From the IMG/VR virus record IMGVR_UViG_3300032116_014939, positions 62,001 to 126,000 of that record: DNA of 64,000 nt. One strand, written 5' to 3'. The notes under the pieces were generated by a model, which worked only from the letters and a program-made list of their open reading frames with translations, was not told the DNA's origin and made no database searches. Of this stretch, positions 19,301 to 27,723 are shown one piece after another (position 1 is the first letter of the stretch; each line of letters starts with the position of its first letter). A program made the position numbers and the translations under genes.

Positions 19301-22300
19301 AGAACCCGATGTACCAACACTACCTGAACTACCACTAGAACCTGAACTTCCTGATGAACCACTAGAACCTGAAGTTCCAGATGTACCAGAAGAACCTGTT
19401 ATTCCAGAACTTCCACTTGAACCTGACGAGCCTGAAGACCCTGATGTACCGACACTACCACTAGAACCAGACGTTCCACTTGAACCTGTACTTCCGGATG
19501 AACCTGAACTACCTGAGGTACCCACAGAACCTGATGTTCCTGAACTACCTGAACTACCTGATGTACCCGCAGAACCTGAAGAACCACTTGTCCCCGATGT
19601 ACCTGAGCTACCACTATTACCTGAAGTTCCGCTAGTACCATTAGTACCGTCAACACCACTCAAACCTGAAGAACCCGATGTTCCAACACTACCTGAACTA
19701 CCACTACTACCACTTGACCCCGCACTTCCTGAAGAGCCACTTGTACCAGCAGTTCCTGAAGTACCAACAGAACCAGAACTACCACTTGAACCCGAAGAAC
19801 CTGATGTTCCAACACTACCAGAACTTCCTGAAGAGCCTGTACTTCCACTTGAACCTGATGTTCCTGCAGAACCAGAACTTCCTGAAGAGCCTGTGCTTCC
19901 ACTTGAACCTGATGTTCCTGAACTACCTGTTATACCACTTGAACCTGAACTTCCTGAGGAACCAGAAGAACCTGATGTTCCCGAAGAGCCAGTTAGTCCT
20001 GAACTTCCACTACTACCACTAGACCCTGTACTTCCTGAAGAACCTGAACTACCAGAAGTTCCAGATGTACCAGTACTACCTGATGTCCCTGAAGAACCAT
20101 TAACACCAGAACTTCCTGATGAACCTGTACTTCCACTACTTCCTGATGTCCCACTTGAACCTGAAGTTCCACTTGAACCTGAAGTTCCAGCAGAGCCAGA
20201 GCTACCACTTGAACCTGAGCTACCAGCACTTCCGCTTGAACCTGATGTTCCTGAGCTACCGCTTATTCCACTTGAGCCTGATGAACCAGCACTGCCACTT
20301 GAGCCTGATGAACCTGATGTTCCTGTACTACCTGATGACCCCGTACTTCCACTTGAACCAGAACTTCCAGATGTTCCAGATGAACCTGTTAAACCTGAAC
20401 TACCCGATGAACCCGAAGAACCTGTGCTACCTGACGTTCCTGAACTACCACTAGTGCCTGAAGAACCTGTGCTACCTGACGTTCCGCTAGTACCTGAACT
20501 TCCAGTTAATCCACTACTTCCAGAACTTCCACTTGAACCTGATATTCCTGAACTTCCTGATGAACCCGTACTTCCACTTGAACCTGACGAACCAGCACTA
20601 CCTGATGTACCAGAAGAACCTGTTAACCCACTTGAACCTGATGACCCTGATGAGCCTGAAGAACCCGAAGAACCCGAAGAACCCGAAGAACCCGATGTAC
20701 CACTTGAACCTGTACTTCCTGAAGAACCACTTGAGCCCGAACTTCCTGATGTACCTGAACTACCAGTAATACCACTTGACCCACTAGAACCTGAAGAGCC
20801 TGATGTACCACTAGAGCCTGAAGACCCTGATGTTCCTGAAGTTCCAACACTTCCCGAAGAACCACTTGAACCTGAAGAACCAGATGTTCCTGAAGTTCCA
20901 ACACTTCCCGAAGAACCACTTGAGCCCGATGAGCCACTTGAGCCTGAACTACCTGATGAGCCAGACGTACCTGAAGTTCCAGATGAACCTGAGCTACCTG
21001 AAGAACCACTTGTTCCTGATGAACCTGAGGTACCACTTGAACCTGAGGTTCCAGCACTACCACTACTTCCTGATGTTCCTGAACTACCACTTGTACCAGA
21101 ACTTCCTGATTCACCTGATGAACCAGAACTTCCTGAAGAACCATCCGCTCCATTATGAATCCAAGAAAATGTATATGTGCTACCACTTGTTAAATTACCA
21201 TTACAAGTAAAAGGTATGTCTAAAGTAATATCCCAATAAGGTCCATTATTAACTATAGTTAAAATTTTGTAAATACCTAATATAGGAAAATTACCAACTT
21301 CTTCAATCTGTAAATAAACTTCTTGACTTAAATTGATAGAATCTTGAATTGCGGTTAACCAATTATCATAATTAATATTATAAACATCATTATCTGCAAT
21401 AGATATATAATTTACTGAACATAACTCATTAATGTTTGTTGCAAAAAACCCTTGGTTAGGGTCATTTGGGGTAACTATAGATGATGTCCATAACCATCTA
21501 CCGCTATTAGCACCGTCATTACCACTATATCCACTTGAGCCAGATGTACCAGATGTCCCACTAGCACCATCAACACCGTTTATACCACTTGTTCCAGCAC
21601 TACCACTTGAGCCAGAGCTACCCGATGTACCCGAACTTCCTGAAGAACCGGCGGAACCTGAACTCCCTGACGTACCGCTAGTACCATCACCACCTGAAAC
21701 GGTAATACCTGTAACACTTACAACGGTACCATCACTATTATATAATTCTAAAGTGCTTGTACCTGAAAAGAACGTACCACCAGTTAATTCTGTTCCTTGA
21801 GCAAAAACTCTCCATCTCGCATCATTTCTTGATGTTCCACTAACACCTTCAATTGTTGAACCTGTCCAAGCGTTAATAAATGCCTGTCCTTCAGGTGTAT
21901 TATTTTTTACAATTGTCTCATAAGATAATTGAGTAACAGAATTAGCACTTACCGCAGCGTCCCATAAATCGTTATAGTTGTCTATTTGAAATTGGTATGC
22001 CGTTTCAGTTTCATTAACCCAAACAATCATACCTAACCTTCTTCTACCTGATGAAAAATTATCAGAGTTAAGGGTTAAATAAGTCGGCATAAATGTACCA
22101 TTACCAATTGTGATATTAATTGGGATAGTATTTGCACTAAGTTGTTGTTGTCCCTTCCCACTAAATGACAACCCTAAATTAGTAAGGTAAGCGGCTTCTT
22201 GCCAACCCCCAACATTTAAGACGTTAAAGTTGGTTCCGTATGGACTTGTTCTTGCTACACTGAAAGGTCCTGTTATTTGGGACGCACTTATTGGATTTTG

Positions 22301-22315
22301 ATACGGTATTGCCAT
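16319..22315 (-). CDS. Giant fibre protein (1998 aa): SSGRRRLGM N-terminal domain, ~1,450-aa Gly-X-Ser/Thr repeat, C-terminal globular domain
   Basis: N-terminus is paralogous to 31651..35763. After the repeat, GTGFNTIANPADYRILTASG...AQSKLTFDG is shared with 31651..35763. Confidence 0.75.
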   Translation of the reverse strand: MAIPYQNPISASQITGPFSVARTSPYGTNFNVLNVGGWQEAAYLTNLGLSFSGKGQQQLSANTIPINITIGNGTFMPTYLTLNSDNFSSGRRRLGMIVWVNETETAYQFQIDNYNDLWDAAVSANSVTQLSYETIVKNNTPEGQAFINAWTGSTIEGVSGTSRNDARWRVFAQGTELTGGTFFSGTSTLELYNSDGTVVSVTGITVSGGDGTSGTSGSSGSAGSSGSSGTSGSSGSSGSAGTSGINGVDGASGTSGTSGSSGYSGNDGANSGRWLWTSSIVTPNDPNQGFFATNINELCSVNYISIADNDVYNINYDNWLTAIQDSINLSQEVYLQIEEVGNFPILGIYKILTIVNNGPYWDITLDIPFTCNGNLTSGSTYTFSWIHNGADGSSGSSGSSGESGSSGTSGSSGTSGSSGSAGTSGSSGTSGSSGTSGSSGSSGSSGTSGTSGSSGSSGSSGSSGSSGSSGSVGTSGTSGSSGSSGSSGSVGTSGTSGSSGSSGTSGSSGSSGSSGITGSSGTSGSSGSSGSSGSTGSSGTSGSSGSSGSSGSSGSSGSSGSSGLTGSSGTSGSAGSSGSSGSTGSSGSSGISGSSGSSGSSGLTGSSGTSGTSGSTGSSGTSGSSGTSGSTGSSGSSGSSGLTGSSGTSGSSGSSGSTGSSGSTGTSGSSGSSGSAGSSGSSGISGSSGTSGSSGSAGSSGSSGSSGSAGTSGSSGTSGSSGTSGSSGSTGSSGSSGVNGSSGTSGSTGTSGTSGSSGSSGSTGSSGSSGSSGLTGSSGTSGSSGSSGSSGSSGITGSSGTSGSSGSTGSSGSSGSAGTSGSSGSTGSSGSSGSVGTSGSSGSSGSSGSVGTSGTAGTSGSSGSAGSSGSSGSSGSVGTSGSSGLSGVDGTNGTSGTSGNSGSSGTSGTSGSSGSAGTSGSSGSSGTSGSVGTSGSSGSSGSTGSSGTSGSSGSVGTSGSSGSSGSSGSSGITGSSGTSGTSGSSGSSGSSGSSGSSGSVGTSGSSGSSGSSGSTGTSGSSGSSGSTGSSGTSGSSGSVGTSGSSGSSGSSGSSGSSGSSGSSGTSGSVGTSGSSGSSGLTGSSGTSGSSGSSGSSGSVGTSGTSGSSGSSGSSGSTGSSGTSGSSGSSGSSGLTGSSGTSGSSGSSGSVGTSGSSGSSGSVGTSGSSGSSGSSGSVGTSGSAGTSGSSGSSGSSGSTGSSGTSGSTGTSGSSGSSGSSGSSGSSGSVGTSGSSGSSGTSGSTGSSGSSGSSGTSGSSGSAGSSGSSGSTGTSGSSGSVGTSGSSGSSGSSGSSGLTGSSGTSGSSGSSGSTGSSGSSGTSGSSGSSGSSGSSGSVGTSGSAGTSGSSGTSGSSGSTGTSGSSGSSGSVGTSGSSGSSGSVGTSGSSGSSGSSGSSGLTGSSGTSGSSGSSGSSGSSGSTGTSGSTGTSGSSGSSGSSGSVGTSGSSGTSGSSGSSGSSGSSGLTGSSGTSGSSGSSGSVGTSGSSGSSGSSGTSGSSGSSGSSGSSGSSGSVGTSGSSGTSGSSGSSGSSGSSGSVGTSGSSGSSGTSGSTGSSGTSGSSGSSGSSGTSGSSGSSGSSGSSGSVGTSGSSGTSGSSGSSGSSGSSGSSGSVGTSGTSGSSGSSGSSGSSGSAGTSGTSGSSGSSGSSGSSGSSGSTGTSGSSGSSGSVGTSGSSGISGSSGTSGSSGSSGSSGSVGTSGSSGTSGSSGSSGSSGSSGSVGTSGSSGSVGTSGSSGSSGSSGTSGSSGSSGTSGSSGSSGSTGTSGSSGTSGSSGSSGSSGSSGTSGSSGSSGSSGSSGSSGSSGTSGSSGTSGSSGTSGSSGSSGSSGSSGTSGSSGSAGTSGTGFNTIANPADYRILTASGTSTNSAIAQSKLTFDGTTLGITGDTVEYGKQSLTSCSGTSITASTRICSFSTSLGRSAIFDYWVNNPTTTATRGGQVMSIWDTSNATYVDISTPDLNDSTLGIELRVTVSGGNVEFWADVNKGSWNISISTRITI
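16784..21142 (-). repeat. Coding Gly-X-Ser/Thr triplet repeat (about 480 triplets; GSS, GTS, GSV, GST, GLT)
   Basis: Directly visible. A shorter tract lies at about 21530-21690. Confidence 0.95.
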
Positions 22316-22343
22316 TTTGTTACTTACTAATAATTATCTTTTT

Positions 22344-23549
22344 TTAGGTTTTATATACCCCTTTGAAGTAGTAATTATTTTTATCAGGAAGTTTTGGTGG
22401 TAACAATCCGTCATTAGATAAGTATAAAATTCTATATGTTCCCGCAGGTATTGAACCACCTGAGGTTATAACATCCCCAACCGAAATTTTAGGGTCAGGA
22501 GTTGCTAAAATGTCAAAGTCACAAGGTTGTGACTGATAGCCCACATTTACACTCATATTATTCAAAGTTCCTCCGACACCATCAAGTGGTATCCAAATCG
22601 TATACATGTACTGTAAACTAGTATTAATATCACTATTATTAACTTCAATAGTTTCAAATGTGTATTGGTTAATCAAACATCCAAAACTATCTTTAATCGT
22701 ACTTGGGAACTGATTTAAAGCACCTTTTAAGTTTGTAGGTTGTACAAAGTTTCCTGTTCCACCTGTAAATCCTGAGTATGATGCGTATTTGTTCATCATA
22801 TAACTGTAATTTGGACTTGTTGGTAATGGAAGCGCTCCTGAATTACCCCATCCGTACCAACTAACATTAGTGTCAGGTGTTACACCATCCGCTAAGTAAT
22901 ACATATAACTTCCTAATCCAAACAACGAACCACCTGCAGAAGAATCTTGAGGTTCTGCAAATACGTAAGCATAATACAAAGGTTTTGTAATAGATGGTGT
23001 TGGAGTAAATGTTGGTGTTGTAGTAACTGTTGGTGTAACAGTTTGTGTAACACTTGGTGTAAGAGATATTGTTGGTGTAACACTTGGGGTAATTGATGGT
23101 GTCGGTGTTGGTGTCGCTGGTAGAGCCGGCGCATTACAACATGGTCTATCAATAATGTAAGGATTATTAGTCGGATAAGAGTAAGAATTTAAACTAAAAC
23201 TACTTAAAACACTTATATATAATTTTTCAGGTAACGGTATGATAACAATCCCCTGAGATGACTGTTTTAAAAACTGAACTAAAAACTTACCTTCATTTTT
23301 TGTTTCTCTACTTGTGAATTGATAATTCACATAATAAGTAATATCTAAAGGATTTACTGTAGACGCACTTGTTGTAATATAACATTCTTTGGATGCAACA
23401 ATATATTTTTTATTAACTTCGTCATATACCGAAATTAAAATTGTATTACCCGAAATATTTTCATCTAAACCAAAATCACTTCTTCCGTTTTTTGATACCT
23501 CAACTTGGAAAACTGGTAACGTTGAATTTTTCTTAATAAACCATTCCAT
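22344..23549 (-). CDS. Fibre adaptor protein: BppU-like N-domain, Pro/Thr linker, C-domain paralogous to 35773..36777
   Basis: Start moved to MEWFIKK (23549, 1 nt after the upstream stop). N-domain resembles 23551..23919; [15 protein letters not shown] linker; YAYVFAEP...MNKY...TYRI...YFKG tail. Confidence 0.6.
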   Translation of the reverse strand: MEWFIKKNSTLPVFQVEVSKNGRSDFGLDENISGNTILISVYDEVNKKYIVASKECYITTSASTVNPLDITYYVNYQFTSRETKNEGKFLVQFLKQSSQGIVIIPLPEKLYISVLSSFSLNSYSYPTNNPYIIDRPCCNAPALPATPTPTPSITPSVTPTISLTPSVTQTVTPTVTTTPTFTPTPSITKPLYYAYVFAEPQDSSAGGSLFGLGSYMYYLADGVTPDTNVSWYGWGNSGALPLPTSPNYSYMMNKYASYSGFTGGTGNFVQPTNLKGALNQFPSTIKDSFGCLINQYTFETIEVNNSDINTSLQYMYTIWIPLDGVGGTLNNMSVNVGYQSQPCDFDILATPDPKISVGDVITSGGSIPAGTYRILYLSNDGLLPPKLPDKNNYYFKGVYKT

Positions 23550-23550
23550 A

Positions 23551-23919
23551 TTAGATAGATACGTAACTATTACCAATTTTTATCGTTAGTTTTTCTCTGA
23601 TTGGTAAAATGTAAGTTCCTGTATCAGTAATAAAAACAAACTCCCCTTCATAAAGACCTTCTCTACTTGTATCACTTGAAGTGAATTTATAATAAACATA
23701 ATATTCTGTCTCAGCGTTTGGGTCAACAAATGTCTTCTCAACAAACCCTCCTTTCTTATTCAGAATCTTATATGCTCCCGTTTTAACATCTATCATGGAA
23801 AAGTAAATCAACGAGTTTTCGATTATTGACATGAACTCTGTTATGTCAGCAATACCATCTTTAACCACTTGCATTTTAAGAACAGGTAGTGTTGCACCTT
23901 TGTTAATAAAAAATTCCAT
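23551..23919 (-). CDS. BppU-like (baseplate upper/adaptor) small protein
   Basis: FFINKGATLPVLKMQV...YKFTSSDT..EG.YEGEF....G..ILP pattern of BppU N-terminal-type domains. Confidence 0.5.
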   Translation of the reverse strand: MEFFINKGATLPVLKMQVVKDGIADITEFMSIIENSLIYFSMIDVKTGAYKILNKKGGFVEKTFVDPNAETEYYVYYKFTSSDTSREGLYEGEFVFITDTGTYILPIREKLTIKIGNSYVSI

Positions 23920-23948
23920 TAATAGTTTTTTAAATAAATATCAAAAAA

Positions 23949-25619
23949 TCAACATTCTTTCCTTAAATTACTATCATAATGTTCAAATCTATCATGTTCG
24001 GTAGGTGTGAGTAGTAAAATACCAGGTTTTAACTTACCTTTAATTGTGTTTTGGAAGTTGTGAGACATCAAAGTTTGTTCATATGGGTGTTGATATTTTG
24101 TCTCCAAATAACATTTATAACTCCCACTTTTAGAAAGAATAATTGGCCAGTTACATAAATAAATTTCCCCTGACGCATATGGAATACCCTTATGTGTTTT
24201 TATCTCGTTGAACTTTGTTTTTGGTGCGTTTGGGTCTAAACCATGTTGTGGTAATCTTGGGTTTTTTGGCCAATGTTGTTCTCTGAAATTTTGTGGGACA
24301 TTATACCAACTCCATTGTGTACTATTATCACCATAAAATTCTGTGAAATTTAATTTTAGGAAATCAAAGTTTTCTTTATTAACTATCTCTAAACTTTTCT
24401 GATATAGATTACTTACATATCTATTAAACCCATTTCTACACACTTCATTTTTTTGTGAGTAAAAAAACATGTCGTCCTCAAAAAATAACATATAGTCCAA
24501 CCCTGTTTCATCAAAATGTTCAGCAATCCATTGTCTTCCACCTGTAATACCTATATTATCTTTTTTAATATGTTCAAAATCATATTCTTTACAAAGTCTT
24601 AAATATTCTTCGGTTGTTGATAGGTCGGTTGAGTTATCCAATAAAAACTTTTTTGGTTTATCTAAAAAATCTCTATCGTATTCAATCATGGATTGAATTA
24701 ATGTTTCAAATTGTTTTGGTGAATTAAATGTTATTACATATAACGCAACTTTATCAATATCTAAATCGTTTTGGATTTTAACAAACTCTGTCTTTTTAAC
24801 TAAAACATCATCTTTTAAATTTTCGAAGAATTTTCCAAATAAACCGTTATAATCGATTTCAAAATAATTTATATATTCTTTTAACTTATAAACCATTATT
24901 GAAAATATTGATTCCTCAGTTCCCATGTACCCACTCGATAGTGTATCATTCAATAGATTATAATATTCACCATTCATCTGTGATATGGTTTCTTTCGGTC
25001 CACCAAAAAATCCTCCACGAGCAACTTTCTTTACATCATCTTCAGCCCATTCGTTAATCTTTGGGTATGAAAATCCGTGTATCTCATTATTAGCGTCATA
25101 TGGGAAACAAACGAATGTAAACTTATCAATATACTTACTTAAATTATTTAAAACCTTATCGTGTGTGAAATATCCTGGATGAACTGTATTTGTAAGTCCA
25201 GCATCAATCCAAAATAAAAACTCTGAATTAAATCTGTCAAAAATCCTTGCGTCGTTTAACAAAAACATTTTAGACATAACAAGAGGATTATACATTTCTA
25301 ATCTACCTTGTGTCGATTCTTTTAACCAACCTGATTGATTATACCATTCAGGGTTATTTCTAATTTCTTGTATCTTATTATAAAAGTCATTTTCAACAAA
25401 CCAACTCTTATCTCTTAAAATAAATTGAGTATTACTTTGGTCTCTTCTTTCCCAAACAAAATCCTCTAATTCTTTTTCACCAAAAATTATTAAGTTTTCC
25501 TCAACCTTTAATAGTTGTTCAAATTTTTCTAAATAATGTGAAAAAGAACGAGACCAACCTTCTTCAAGGTTTTCTCTACCAATATTCCACAATCCTGTAA
25601 CTAATGTAATATTACTCAT
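23949..25619 (-). CDS. Two-domain glycosyltransferase: HtrL/YibB(WlaTC)-like N-domain plus GT-A (GT2-like) C-domain
   Basis: TLVTGLWNIGR..RSF..Y, SKMFLL, WIDAG, GGFFGG and TEESI are HtrL-family hallmarks. The C-domain has LLDNS, N.GI..GR and FFEDD. Confidence 0.75.
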   Translation of the reverse strand: MSNITLVTGLWNIGRENLEEGWSRSFSHYLEKFEQLLKVEENLIIFGEKELEDFVWERRDQSNTQFILRDKSWFVENDFYNKIQEIRNNPEWYNQSGWLKESTQGRLEMYNPLVMSKMFLLNDARIFDRFNSEFLFWIDAGLTNTVHPGYFTHDKVLNNLSKYIDKFTFVCFPYDANNEIHGFSYPKINEWAEDDVKKVARGGFFGGPKETISQMNGEYYNLLNDTLSSGYMGTEESIFSIMVYKLKEYINYFEIDYNGLFGKFFENLKDDVLVKKTEFVKIQNDLDIDKVALYVITFNSPKQFETLIQSMIEYDRDFLDKPKKFLLDNSTDLSTTEEYLRLCKEYDFEHIKKDNIGITGGRQWIAEHFDETGLDYMLFFEDDMFFYSQKNEVCRNGFNRYVSNLYQKSLEIVNKENFDFLKLNFTEFYGDNSTQWSWYNVPQNFREQHWPKNPRLPQHGLDPNAPKTKFNEIKTHKGIPYASGEIYLCNWPIILSKSGSYKCYLETKYQHPYEQTLMSHNFQNTIKGKLKPGILLLTPTEHDRFEHYDSNLRKEC

Positions 25620-26179
25620 TCTGTATCTCTAACTTTATAGATTATATAATCAACAAATTCACTTTCAAACATTTGTCCTATCTCTTCATAAAAAATAACA
25701 TCTCCAAAAACATCTTCTTGAAACATCGGTAAATTATGTGTGTTTGGAATCACACCCATACATTTACCTACATTACCTCTTGTGAAATCTTTTAATTTCC
25801 AATTAACATCACCTAACCAATTGTGTTTGAATATGTATAACTTGTTTTTATCTTTAACACTTTCTTTAATTACTTTGAATGCTTCTTCAGTGTATCTATC
25901 ATCATCATCGGCAAACATTATAAAATCACCTTCTAATGAATTAATGTTCTCATTAATTAATGGATGTCCGTATTTCCACTTTTGTTCCCCTTGATTTAAT
26001 ATATGATTAACTTTGAATTTAAACTCATATCTTGATAATACTTCTGAAACAAAGTCGTGATTAATATCAGAGATTATTGTAAAAATATCTGTTGGGTCTA
26101 ATTGGTCTTTGAATGACTCAATTAATCTTGGCAGTGTTTCTCTCCCGATTGAAGTACAAACAATATTAAGACTAAACAT
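25616..26179 (-). CDS. GT2-like glycosyltransferase
   Basis: IVCTSIGRETLPRLIES start, IISD, GDFIMFADDDDRY (DxD-type motif). Confidence 0.75.
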   Translation of the reverse strand: MFSLNIVCTSIGRETLPRLIESFKDQLDPTDIFTIISDINHDFVSEVLSRYEFKFKVNHILNQGEQKWKYGHPLINENINSLEGDFIMFADDDDRYTEEAFKVIKESVKDKNKLYIFKHNWLGDVNWKLKDFTRGNVGKCMGVIPNTHNLPMFQEDVFGDVIFYEEIGQMFESEFVDYIIYKVRDTE

Positions 26180-27035
26180 AACATTTCTCCCTTACATATT
26201 TTGTTTCATCATAAATGTCTAAAATTTCTAAAAACGCTTTTTGTAAGTCTAACCAATCACCAAATTCAAAAGCGTGACATTCATCCGAATGTTTACCTGT
26301 AATAGCCGTGAGAACTTCTTGTTCACTAATAAGTTGGTTATGTGTTGTTAAGTATTGATTAAAAATGTCTAAATATCCATTTAAAATATGTCTAACTTTT
26401 TCTGATGTTCCACCGAATAGACATCCAGGAACAACCTTTAATTCAACACCAAATAGTTGATTGAATTTAGAAACTGTTTCATAGTTCATCACAATTGAAT
26501 TACCTTTCAAATGAATAAACCCGTGTTGGTTTATTTTATCAACCACCTTATCCAAAAAGTTTTTTGAATTAATTAGTGGAGCCATATAATCTCTCCACCC
26601 ATCATGACAAGACGTTCCAATCAAACCAGCATCAATCCAAAAGATATTATCACAATCATGTGATTCATCAATTAAGAATTTAAGTTTATTTAAAACAACT
26701 TCTAAATAATTGTTAACACAATAAATTCTATCATAGTTAATTCCACCCGATAATTCTTGAGTTCTAATTCTATCAATTAATTCACAAGTTTCAGAAGTAT
26801 TTAATTCTTTAAATTTAAATTCAACATTTGGAAAATTAAATTCATACTTTAAATTGAACTTATCATATGAATTTTGGTCAGTATAAATTACGTAACGATA
26901 TTCAGGATAAATTATGTTTTTAATTGTTGCAACCAATAATGAAAAATTTTTATATCTCTCACTATTAATTCCTTCAACATATTTTAATTCATAAATCGCC
27001 GAAATTATTTTAGTACCATTTGTCATGTTCTGCAT
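26172..27035 (-). CDS. HtrL/YibB-like glycosyltransferase (second copy; start may be 27026)
   Basis: KIISAIY, VIYTD, NKLKFL, IFWIDAGL, GCLFGG and SEQEVL mirror the N-domain of 23949..25619. Confidence 0.7.
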   Translation of the reverse strand: MQNMTNGTKIISAIYELKYVEGINSERYKNFSLLVATIKNIIYPEYRYVIYTDQNSYDKFNLKYEFNFPNVEFKFKELNTSETCELIDRIRTQELSGGINYDRIYCVNNYLEVVLNKLKFLIDESHDCDNIFWIDAGLIGTSCHDGWRDYMAPLINSKNFLDKVVDKINQHGFIHLKGNSIVMNYETVSKFNQLFGVELKVVPGCLFGGTSEKVRHILNGYLDIFNQYLTTHNQLISEQEVLTAITGKHSDECHAFEFGDWLDLQKAFLEILDIYDETKYVREKCYV

Positions 27036-27720
27036 ATATTATATTTGATGCTTTATAAGCATTATTTTTTATTTCAATTCCATTCAATAATGCCGAGAAA
27101 CACATCTCATCTATGTTACCAGCGGGTATGTTTCTTAAACCTTTTTCTTTTTTATATTCAATACACTTGTCCCAAGTATCTAAAAAACTATTAAACTTAT
27201 CTTCATCAATACTCAAGTATTGAATACAATCTTCAGGCATAACCTCCAACTTATCTTTATCAACCTCATGATTGAAATACTTTTCATACTCAAGTAATCG
27301 TCTACCTAATTCACTATTGGTATGAACTTGTTCGTTAAAATTATATGTTACAGGCCCTGATAAACAATTTTCATCAAACGCCCCCAAAATCTTTTCTTGA
27401 TTAAAAAAAGATGGGTTAACTCTCATATCACAATCAACTAATATGATTTTAGTAAAACCAATACTTAAAGCAGCTCTTAACGAATATCTTTTAACTGAAA
27501 AATCAAAGTCATAGTAGTTTTTAGCATACTCCAAATAATTTGGATTAAAATCATTAATGTTAAAAGTGTGGACAAATTCTTGATTATTAATCTTACTTGG
27601 GTCATCAGTAATGACAACCAAATTTGTTTTATAATCTGATTCTATGATATCACCAATAAATCTATTAACTTGGTTATAATATCTTTCACCAAAACAAAAA
27701 GTAGCAAATGTAAATTTCAT
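27010..27720 (-). CDS. Putative GT-A fold nucleotide-sugar transferase
   Basis: FATFCFGERY, VVITDDP, FDFSVKR, ILVDCD (DxD) and a late DE motif; lies inside the GT operon. Confidence 0.6.
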   Translation of the reverse strand: MKFTFATFCFGERYYNQVNRFIGDIIESDYKTNLVVITDDPSKINNQEFVHTFNINDFNPNYLEYAKNYYDFDFSVKRYSLRAALSIGFTKIILVDCDMRVNPSFFNQEKILGAFDENCLSGPVTYNFNEQVHTNSELGRRLLEYEKYFNHEVDKDKLEVMPEDCIQYLSIDEDKFNSFLDTWDKCIEYKKEKGLRNIPAGNIDEMCFSALLNGIEIKNNAYKASNIIYAEHDKWY

Positions 27721-27723
27721 ATC

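Noticed and set aside
8333-21142. Possible CRISPR array or satellite DNA
   Set aside because: Periodicity is 9 nt with synonymous third-position variation inside intact ORFs. There is no constant repeat with unique spacers and no cas genes.
8299-21210. Numerous Val/Gln/Leu/His-rich and Asn/Leu/Met-rich alternative-frame ORFs
   Set aside because: Frame-shifted readings of the same low-complexity repeat.
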